From positions 803,304 through 867,303 of the forward strand of contig RDEW01000018.1 of assembly GCA_011109175.1 (NCBI GenBank): a DNA stretch of 64,000 nt. Reading direction: 5' to 3'. This document shows positions 24,901-35,099 of the stretch, piece by piece; positions within the stretch are counted from its first letter, which is position 1; each line of letters opens with the position of its first letter. The notes under the pieces are model-generated. The model had not been told where the DNA came from and ran no database searches. It was given only the letters and a program-made list of their open reading frames with translations. The DNA comes from Dicyema japonicum. Taxonomy: Eukaryota > Animalia > Dicyemida. Both the position numbers and the translations under genes were made by a program.

Positions 24901-25167
24901 GGAACATGACCTGATATGATATTTTTTTTATAAAAAATTAAGAAATATTGGCCAACTTACTTGCATCGTGGCTATTTAGTGTAGCTAGGCAAGTTTCTTT
25001 AAAAAAACGAAGCGATTTCCCTCTTATTCCTCGTGTTGTCTCAAAAATAATGGGGTGGTAAGTGAATAGATCCGAAGTATATTTGAAATGTCAAAATTAT
25101 AATTATGCTTATAATATTTTTAATATTTAAATTCAAATATTATTTCTTGTTTGGTGTAATTACCATA

Positions 25168-25564
25168 ATGTTTAACAAATTTGATTTTTACATTCCTGGA
25201 CGAACTCCAAATTTCAAAGAAGAGCCAACATTTGATGCCCATTATGGATTTAGGGGACAGCGTGAGCCACGTGGTTAATTTAATGAAATTACATAAATAG
25301 TAATGAAGGCCAGTTTTGAGGAAATGTCTCAAGCGGGTATTCCACTAAACAGACGTGATTACTGTGCCCACCACTACATAGAACTTATGAAATGCCAATC
25401 TGAGCATATGCCCTTCTTTAATATGTGTAGTCATGTTAAACATGTTTATGATACTTGTGAGAATAATGAGTATTATTTACTTATTATTTTGTTATATTTT
25501 GAGAATGAAAGAATATGAACGAGAAAAAAGATTACTTCAAAGACAAAGGACCAAACAATAATTA
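25168..25564 (+). CDS. NDUFB7: NADH dehydrogenase 1 beta subcomplex subunit 7 (B18)
   Basis: PTFDAHYGF...|MKASFEEM...RRDYCAHHYIELMKC...C.HVKHVYDTCENND|YILRMKEYEREKRLLQR; intron 1 is 27 nt GT-AG, intron 2 is best modelled as GT-TG 25470-25491. Start codon uncertain. Confidence 0.9.
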
Positions 25565-25671
25565 ATAACATTTTACTCATTAAGTTCTAATAGTTTATTG
25601 GATTTAAATAGGAGACGTAATATTTCACTTTTTATAATCTTTGTTTTATTAACATTTACTATCTTAGTTCA

Positions 25672-25989
25672 GGGGGCATAGTGGTTAGGTGTCGGGCTAA
25701 AGTGACTTAGGTTATGGGTTAGATTCTCGCTACTGTTCACCTGGTGGAAAATTCACGCACCAACGATGCATAAAAGGGTTTGACGAGTGACGCCGTCATC
25801 AGTGGATACTCACTGCGGAACTGGATTGTCTAGAAAGGACACTCACACAAGAAAAAGAAAAAAAAGTGAAGATCATTCCTTGGATCTACGATTAGTTAAA
25901 ATTAACTGTTCTTTACTTAAATAAAGTCCTGCCTATGCGGAGCTATAAATATTATGGCTCTCGTGAAAAGGCTGTCATTATTATTACCA
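25672..25989 (+). mobile_element. tRNA-derived SINE (SINE1)
   Basis: A/B-box-like head, body shared with 39899, 44300 and 54897 copies, (tta)n-like tail, 7-bp direct repeat tagttca at 25665-25671 and 25990-25996. Confidence 0.8.
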
Positions 25990-26046
25990 TAGTTCAAGAA
26001 AAATAATGTCTTTTTCTAAACAATGTAACTACTCACTTGATTCCTT

Positions 26047-26571
26047 ATTATTTATTTATTTTAAAACCCAACAAGAAAGAATTAACTTGCTAAATTAAGT
26101 GATCCCAGCCTCCAACACCTCTCGAATTCTCTTCGAATGCTCCGCCAGTGAACCAACAGCGTTTCCTAAGTGTCTTCTTTTATTTCTGCAGAGGAATTCT
26201 ATCGGATGCACTTTTTTAATGCCGATCTGAATTCCTCCACATGAACCACCCTCTCTCTGAATGGGTTTTTTAGCTCATTGCACATATGTAGGAAACCCAG
26301 ACCATTTCTCACCGTCGCTTCCTCTGAATGCAGACTGGGGACGGATGTGGAGTCTAATTGTGTATGCCTCATAATCTTCCTTCTGAGAAAGTTCATAATA
26401 ACGTGGCGTCATGCGATTCACCTTTTGTTGTGGTGGCGCTCAGTGCAAGTTCTGCATGGAAAAAAACCGTTCGACTTTCCCTACCCATCTGCGATCTTTA
26501 GAAGGGTGGCCTATCTATTCCCCTGTTTTCTCTTTACTACTTCTGTCTGGTGATGTAGAACCTAATCCGGG
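26047..26571. mobile_element. Family A LINE insertion with inverted 5' end (twin-priming-like)
   Basis: 12-bp TSD acttgattcctt at 26035-26046 and 26572-26583; 3' end on minus (26047 to about 26402) joined to the element 5' end on plus (about 26403-26571, ribozyme fold plus LLLLSGDVEPNPG). Confidence 0.8.
26405..26470 (+). ncRNA. Candidate HDV-like ribozyme at the LINE 5' end
   Basis: P1 ggcgt/gcgct, P2 gcgatt/aaccgt (one mismatch), P3 cacc/ggtg, P4 tgca/tgca; the putative catalytic C position (26457) is T here. Confidence 0.5.
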
Positions 26572-26639
26572 ACTTGATTCCTTGAAAGAATTTAATTTTA
26601 ATGAAAAACGTGACACTAGGTTGTCTAGTTGAGTCTTTC

Positions 26640-28055
26640 AGGAATTTCTGGGATAAAGGAGCAAGACGTTGAAGATGGAAGATCCGACGCAAAAATTAAA
26701 GAAGATGGAACTTTGTCGACCCCCATGTTCTGTCCCGATTCCAATCGAACCACTTGATCGTCGCTTTCACTAACTTACCTCCTCTGTCAAATTTGTGGCA
26801 TAACAAACTTAAAGAAACTCAGAATCAAATGCTCCATTTGCTTAAACTTTGGACATGTCAACTGTCACAAGCTATAAAGAAGATAATTACTCTCAAATTG
26901 GTATAAGGATCCCCTGCCGCAAAACAACCAATCAACTCCATTGACTCCGACCTACAAAGTGCCTCCGATTGTATAAACTTGTGTCCGAGAGTTATTCCGC
27001 TTCGAATCCAAAAATGTGATGACTAATTGTCACTTTTTAGCTGTCGAGGCTGATTACCAGGGCCATCTAAGATTCCACTCTTGTTCTCTGAGCATACATG
27101 TCTGAGTTAAAAGAAAGAAACCTCAAATCGACTATCAATAAAATCGTCTCAGAATAGCGGAGGTGCTATTTTCATAGTGTCAAAAGCCTTGTTGATACCA
27201 ATGGAAGCATGTTGATGAAACAGAATTAAATCCGTACACAATAAACTGTTACAACGTTGGGTTGTTGTCGATCTTTAAAATCCGTGTTGGAGTTTCAGTT
27301 AGGAATGACTAGTTAATCATCAAAGTACTAGTTTTACAAGTCAGTGAGATCATAAGAACGTTCGTATGTGGATTTTTTCCTAAAAATGCTTTATAGTTTC
27401 ATCTGTATCTTCCAAAAATTGTCGCAAAAGGTTGTCCCATCCGCCCCAAACCAGAGTTTAAGTTTAGTATAATAAAATCAATTATTATGACGTTGAGGAC
27501 CGTATCGATGTGTGGAATAATAAAAAATTGAATAAGGGAGTCGTTAAGCGACAGAAAGATGCTTCTGGGAAAGTTTGCTGACAGATTGATCTTTCTGGAC
27601 AACCATGCTGGACTTTTTATGATCAAAAACTGTATTCGAGAGGTGTCATTGAAGAAAAATAGGGAGCACCTTGAAAGCACTGGGGATACGAGAAGACTTT
27701 CATCATCAAACGGCTGCCATTCAGCAGGTACGTGGCTGAACGCCCATCCATGTTCTGAGATTGGTAAACTGCTGGATGAGGCAGTGAGAATAGCCGTCTT
27801 GGTCATAGTGTTTGTGGAGCGAAAATGTGGTTTTGGACGTATGATCAATCCATATGGCTACCATACACTGTCGTACAGGTTGCAGATAGTCGGAACTTGG
27901 TTTGTGTTGGTAGATATTCTCATAAAAATTTGGCCACTTCAGTCTCAAGCCCAGGTCAAGCCAAGAATCAGAAGAGATGGAAGATCACTTGTTTGTCACA
28001 TTTTCTGTTTAGACGTCAATCGAACCCGTGACCTAACCACTTTGTCCGACTATTA
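26640..28055 (+). mobile_element. Internally deleted CRE element with PHD finger
   Basis: CQIC...IKCSICLNFGHVNC (PHD) and RVIPLRIQK at the 5' end; FADRLIFLDNHAGLFMIKNC and SAGTWLNAHPCSEIG at the 3' part; interrupted by a LINE RT scrap (INKAFDT, minus, about 27180). Confidence 0.65.
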
Positions 28056-28174
28056 ATTTGTGTGGGTAAACTAAAATCTCTAAACAATTACATGAATATA
28101 ATTAATTAAGCCAAGGCCATTTGACTAATTATTAATAAAAATTTGAAAAAAGTGAGTCCAAAAAGCCAAATGAA

Positions 28175-28610
28175 TTAATTATTAGCCTTACGACTATTAA
28201 CTTTATGAAGAGCTGATATTCTCTTACGGGATATCTAAATATATAATAATTATTACATATTTTAAATCAGGTCGATGATTTCTTAGAACCTTTCTTACTT
28301 TACTGCATATACTACGTTCTCCCATTGAGTATTCTATTTGTTTACTCCCTATTAATATATAATCACTGCCAACCAGTATTTAAAACTACTTTATTATCTC
28401 TCAGTTCTATTCCAGCTAGGTTTTTGTGGATTAGTCCATTATTTATAAATGTATTACGTCCTGTTGGATTATTCCGCTCCTATTTATTATTATTTTATTA
28501 CTTTAGAAAATGTGTATCCATTACTTCTAACAAGAAAAGATGAGTTATTCTTTATTATACTCCATACAACATTAGAAGACACCTTAACATGAAATTACCA
28601 CGTCAACCAT
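28175..28610 (-). CDS. RPL28: 60S ribosomal protein L28 (eL28), 4 introns of 22-25 nt; absent from the ORF track
   Basis: M|VSSNVVWSIIKNNSSFLVRSNGYTFSK|ERNNPTGRNTFINNGLIHK...|...NHRPDLKY|ISRKRISAL; matches the eL28 N-terminal WxxxxNxSSFL and NGLIH motifs. Confidence 0.9.
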
Positions 28611-28626
28611 TTAAACACGTTTTAAT

Positions 28627-31600
28627 TTAAATATTTAAAATAATTATTATGTTAAAAAATGGATGATCTATAATTCATCAGCTGACCATCGTAATTTAGG
28701 ATCAATAGCAAAACTAAGACGCAAAAAGTCAATTCCTTCGGGACTAATGACTTGTGGTATTGTAGGAGTATTTCCGAGACCTATTTTGAACATGATTTGG
28801 CAACTATTGGTTAGTTCATGCCATGGTCTCTAATAGTAAAATAAAAGTAATTAACCATTCCAGTGGCCATTTCAACAACAACACAGGCAGCACTCCATAT
28901 ATCTGATGATCTACCATATCCTATTGTGTTACCTACTATTATTTCAGGAGCCATATAACCTAGTATTATTATTTGACTTACAAATTGTTCCTACTAGTGA
29001 TGTCACTTCTCCATACATTGTGGTCATGTTTATTAACTTTGTTGAACTCCCAAAATCACCCAATTTGATGCGATTTCCAGATGCTAGAAATATATTAGCA
29101 CCTAAATTGGTGTATTATAGAACCTTTAATGTCTCTGTGAATTATAGAATGGTTGTGAAGAAAACTGAGTGCGGAAATAATCTGTCTTGTGTAGTTTCGT
29201 ATTGCAGGTTCATGTAATCCAGATTGTGAAATGTGTGACAATGTGCCGTGAGTACAGTATTCCATAAAAATATATAAGTAATCCTATACAATTAGTATAA
29301 TATTTACATGATGAGTTTCTATTCCATAATATTGAACCAGATTTTCATGGTAAAGTCCCTCAATTATTTTTATTTCATCAGCAAGTAATTCTATTTGTTG
29401 AGTAGTGCTTATTGTAATCTGAGATTATAATAATAATTACTTCTTTCATTGCCATAATTTCCCCAGTTTTTATATTTTTGGCAGTATAAACCTTACCAAA
29501 GTTACCCTGTCCTTAAATAATAATAACAAATACCAAGTAACATTCCTCTAGTCCATTTAAACTTTGTTTTTTTAAGTTTAATATTTTCGTTTATTTTAAC
29601 ACTCCCAATGGTTCCACTTCTAAACTAATTATAGTTTAACCTTAAAAGTTTATCATCAATATAATAGTCTATTAAACGACAACAACCAACAATTCTCTCA
29701 CATCTCGGTAGTTTATCCAAATTCAATTCCTCCCCGCAGACACTATAATAATTTATTATAATAAACAGTATCTTCCAATAGGTCTATTTATTACACTATG
29801 TGACGTTGGAATTCCAATTATATAATTCCAACAATTTGTTATCATTCTCTTTATATCCTTTAATACAAATTAACATAATTACTAAATATGATTTATCATC
29901 AAAATAGAAATGAAATGTAAGTCAGTAAAATAAACTCAAATCCATTCTTTGACCATCTTTTGCTAAATATAATAATTACATTGGTTGCTTGCCCTTTCCT
30001 CTTTCATAATATTTATATACAACATCAATCCACACACGCGATAGTTCATCCATTCCTTCATAAATATTCAATCGCTCTAACCCTGACACGTGCTTTAGTA
30101 TTTCTTTATAATACTAACAATTTTAATTAAAATAAACCTCAAATCCAAAATTGAAGGATTGTCTTAGTGTTTCCTTAAATATATCTTGTGAGGTATAATA
30201 TTTGTCTATAAATGTTATTGTAGTTTTTATGAAATTATTTATTTTACAACTCAAATCAATAGCAGATAACTATTATTACAAAATAATACTACTTTTAGTT
30301 CAATATATTTGTCTTTATTGGCGATAATGGTAGATTGATGATCCACCAGTTAGCACAATTCCCAATTATATCAACAAAGTGATTCCTTTGCATAGACAAA
30401 TTGGATGAACAACTCACAATCAAAAGGAGGGATTTTATCAAAATAATATTTATGATTACCTCAAGAGATTCTATATTCTTAATAACAAATTCAGAAATGC
30501 AAATTTTGATGGTGGGTCCTTTCCATTTTTGAGGGATATTATCATCCTGAACAACGAGGATGTAGTTACTCTGAAATGTAAATTAATTACAAACCAAATA
30601 TATTGGTGAATCATCACAAACTTGTATTTGTAAGGCCAAAGTCTTAATAAGTTTGTCAAATAAATGCTTATTAAATACAACATTGAGTGGTGCAAATATG
30701 TGTAGATTGGAGTTATTAGAATAATCAACCTAAAGTAAATTTACATATACCATGACATGTTGTAGTTCTATTAATCTATCAAAAAACTCATCAATTCCGA
30801 CCACAATATCAAAATCAGCAGCAATCTCAATAGTCTATAATGAATAACCAAAATAACAGTTCGAATAGCTGATAATAATGATAGTCCTTTAAAAGATCTA
30901 TCTTTTGCTTGGAGCATATTATTACGAATTTGTCGACATGTATTTATCATTTGTAACCTAAGAGACTCATTTACTGGATTGAATATTGACTCATTTACAT
31001 ATTGTGATATTAATGACAAATGTTTACTTCCTAATTTACTATTTGTAAATTATCAAACAAACGAGAATATTAAAATAGACTCTGATGCATTCTTGCTCCC
31101 AAATTTATAATAAACTTGTTTAATGAAATCCCATTCTGACTTGTAAGTTTGTGTATTTTGAACATTTTCAAACCATTCATACAAATATTGAAGATAAATC
31201 TAGTAATATACAAAAAATACAGAGAAAAAACATTCAAATATGTTATCATATGACTCTAACTTATATTTTATATCCTCACTACAGGTTGAATAAATTATTG
31301 AAATAAAATTGCATCTCCATTCCAACGATAAAAGTAAAGTTTCCTTCCAATCTTTGATAATCTTTATTATAATATATATTACATGGCTTAGAGACAACAT
31401 TGACACACTTAATGGTGGACGATTCTCGTATTTTACTTTTAACACTCCGAAAGCAATATCCAGTGGAATTTGTGAGAGAAATGAAATGTTTGAACGTAAA
31501 CAAGGCAAATTCATATTAATGAAATCATCCTTTAGAAGACACTTTTCTGAATATTTACAATTTTGACACACAAATTCATGTTCATTTTCTAATAGTGCCC

Positions 31601-32351
31601 AATCAAACTCATTCTCAAAGTAAAATCCAAAATCCTAAGTACATTATAAATCAATAATAAAATTATTAAAAATCCATACTTTTCTTATTTCTTTATTTCT
31701 GTAAATTCCACATGCCTTTAGTAACGTGGGGTGTGTTAGTCGTTTCAATGTATTATTAAGATTTGACAAATTATCACTTCTCAACATTTTCTCAATAAAT
31801 GGTTTGTAAATTAAACTCCAATCAAATTCATTATCATTTATTGATTCAGGAGATAACGATGGAGGGTTTGAAACCAAACTTGGCAATCTATTCCTTACAG
31901 GTGTCACACTAAGGGATATCTTCCTTTTGAGCATATTAGAGTATTCTGATAACCTATCACGACTTTTACATGAATCTTCCTCATTTCTGTAATTTATAAT
32001 ATTATTAGGCAAAAAATAATGAAAACATGTTCTAATAGCATCAATGAAGGATTTACAAATGTTATACCAGGTTTGCAAATTACACAAACGAATTATAAAT
32101 AAATTGTCTTTTTTAAGTTCATTTGAAACCAAAAACATACTAAAACTCGGATATAACCCAATCAAGTAATATCCATCATTCAATACACTTTCAATCATAT
32201 TCATATTACTCAATATATGCTCCTCTACGAATATTTGCTGATCGGGCATAAAATTTTTAGAAATAATAAATATAATTTCATCCAATTTTAGTCGAACAGA
32301 ATTATCAAAAACACAACTTGTCGACAAAGTAATATCATGGGGTGTTGTCAC
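28627..32351 (-). CDS. MAP3K4: MAP kinase kinase kinase 4 (MEKK4), multi-exon; several 1-nt frameshifts as assembled
   Basis: Kinase motifs [45 protein letters not shown]; upstream SFNFGFEYYKE and [15 protein letters not shown] are MEKK4-specific. The stop at 28627 assumes one frameshift correction near 28668. Confidence 0.85.
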
Positions 32352-32879
32352 AATAGCAGAATCTGTTCTATCAACAAATTTATATTTTTTGCACGTAAAA
32401 TTTGAATTTATGCAAAATTCATTAATACTCTAATAATATGTACAAACCAAACTTTAATAAAATCAGGGATTAAAGACCGCCTATTAGCGATATATATTTC
32501 TTGTTCTGTTACTGAACGTTCATTCAAATATGCCAATATTTCAATCCATAAGCTAATTATAGTATTTTCACACAAATTCACTTTTTGTGATTGATTGGAT
32601 GGTGATGCACTTATCTATAATATCAATTAGTAACGACAGATGAATTATTAACAAGCTCCCTTAAATTTTCATGGAAACTTATTCTCTCCGGTGGACATTC
32701 AATTGATGATGACTTTCTCAAAGCCTCCCTTGAATTTTTGTAAATATATCTGATAAACAAATGAATTCCTCATTAATGTATTATTAATAAATCAATATTT
32801 TATTATTATTTAAATTATATATTGTATATATCAACATTTTATTAAATTTATTTATTTCATTTATCCTCGCTACCTTTAA

Positions 32880-34130
32880 ATGAATGAATTTTCGATCTGA
32901 GTCACCTCCTTGTGGCGAAACTTGGGATTTCTCAGGAAATCCTTCTGGCTGCTATCGAGATACGCTCCTACAAGTCACTATTTCCGGGTATATCTAAAGA
33001 CCTTAATATCCTAAACTGAATATTAATGATATCTCCCGTAAACGGGACGAACTCAAGGTGTTTCTGACTGCCCACAACATAGACATTGCTCATCTTTTTT
33101 TTCAGGAAACTCTTCTATTTATGAGTAGAGTTGAACTGACAGTGATCTGTTGTTAAAATTAAGGACAACTAGAGTGTAGAAGGTGTGATAAAATTGTGTT
33201 TAGCAAAAGAAAATATTATTAAAATATTCCTGAATAAAGGCAAAAACAATAGCTTCACCATGATAGTGAAACAATTACAATATCAGCATAAGAAATAATC
33301 AATCTGAGAACGTTTGTTGCTAGTCATGTAACTATTATTAACTTAATTATTTGGTAATTACGTGATAATGGTGAGAGGTTGGGTCTATTCGCTACAAATA
33401 TACTTTTCTCCTCTATTAGTTGATCCACATTCGTGTTCTCTCTGGAGTTTTGTGGGTTGTTGAAACCATCTCTGATGACTTGATAAGATTTGAAGAGTGA
33501 GTTGTATTAGATCCCAATTCATTCAGCCCGCTATTTTATAGAAACTCATCAGACGTGATCCCTCTACTAATTTCCTTGGAGATAATTTCCTAGCTTCCGC
33601 TCAGGGCATAACGTCTGATATCTATGCTACTATTGGAGAATATTAAAAAACTGGGACGACCAATGTAAAGATTGTCGGTTATTTCCAAAATTTTGTGATA
33701 ATCCGTAGTTAAGAGAGTATTCTATCAGATTAGTTAAAACCATTCACACTAATATGCAAAGATTGTTAGAACCTTTATTATTCGAGTTTATAGAGTTAGT
33801 GAAATGTTCTGTCATTGACGACTGTGGGATAGTAATAAGTTCAACTGTTTTTGAACACTAGGTTTTCTACAATGGATATTTTCTGGGGGTAGAAATGTGC
33901 CTGATCTCCTCATAGTTCACATGTTACTGTTATCTTGGAAGGATTGTACATTTTTGTTGTTAGAGAAACCAGCGTCATGTATATTAGGACATTGATCGCT
34001 TGGAGATGGTAATCAGCTTAAAGGAGAAAATTAAGTTAGATGTTATTACCAGAACTCTGAACATATATCTCAATTTACAAAGTGCCAGATTGTACGAAAA
34101 TATTGTACAAAATCTTAATGCTGGATAAAG
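32880..34130 (-). mobile_element. Degraded LINE (RT and C-terminal CCHC remnants)
   Basis: VNGF...GLSQ remnant and EQCLCCGQSETP; highly decayed. Confidence 0.4.
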
Positions 34131-34149
34131 ACAAGGAGGTAAAGTTTAA

Positions 34150-34275
34150 TGGACTATTGGAGGATGTATTTGGTAGGCACAAGCAGACATTATCCCTTGG
34201 GTTCCTTCCTTGGATTAATTAGTTGTGACTTTTTTTGATGGGTTTACAAAAGATTGTGAGCCTGGGGTTAAAAAA
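34150..34275 (+). mobile_element. LINE family B 3' end
   Basis: ctattggaggatgtatttggtaggcacaagc...gggttccttccttgga...cctggggttaaaaa, as at 40720-40835. Confidence 0.55.
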
Positions 34276-34389
34276 AGACCATTAACAATTTCAAATATGA
34301 TTTTAGTGATGACATATCTTTCAATTGGCAAAATGTTTACAAACATTGCAAAGATGACTGAATATTAATTAGTTTTCACTATAAATAAC

Positions 34390-34520
34390 TTTCTCATAGC
34401 GAAAAGAAAAACGATAGGAGAGAAAGGAGTTGGCTCATTGAGCGAATTTCCTTGCAAATCGTCAGGGAAATACGTTTTCAATTATGAAAGCAGCCAGCAG
34501 TTGTTAACTGTTAGTTTTTG
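34390..34520 (+). mobile_element. CRE 3'-end fragment
   Basis: RERSWLIERISLQIVR. Confidence 0.5.
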
Positions 34521-35099
34521 CGTTTAAATAAAATTGGTTTTTGAAAAAGAAAATAATTTAATAATATCAAATCAATTGTATCAGAATTGAATATTTCCCT
34601 TTTCACTAATATAAATAATAATATTTTGAATATTAAAAATGCTTCTCCTCAACGGATTATCAGTTTTATTATGTTGTTCAAAGAGTAATTCACCCAAAAC
34701 ATATAATTTCCTGTAACTTAAGAATGACATTTGTGTTTAAATTCAATAATTTACACCTTTACATAAAATGATGACCTCAAATAACTGACCAGAATTAACA
34801 AGATCGTCGATATTTCAAGTTTGTAAATTAGTACTTAAGTCCCCAATAGTTTCCTTGTATGCAAATATCAATGACTGTCTTAATTTTGTAATTATTAGTG
34901 TGCTTCGATGTACTCAAAATACATTTTTGACTAAATAAAAATATGAGAAATTTTATGAGTAATGTAATGTCTTTTGAGAACCTCATAATCTTGCATAAAG
35001 CAGTCAAAAGTCAAATGATAATTTAATACTTCTTTCCATTTGTTAAAGTCACCTTATATCATTATTTTTGCTATTATTTTTAGAATTGATTACAGGTTA

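Noticed and set aside
26411-26510. Apparent zinc finger (CKFC...H) in the 26411 ORF
   Set aside because: These codons overlap the ribozyme helices, and the homologous SINE2 copies do not keep the frame or the cysteines.
29719-29766. A fourth TG acceptor in MAP3K4 (tatagtg)
   Set aside because: A canonical AG lies 2 nt upstream and the region has several indel errors, so a frameshift error is the simpler explanation.
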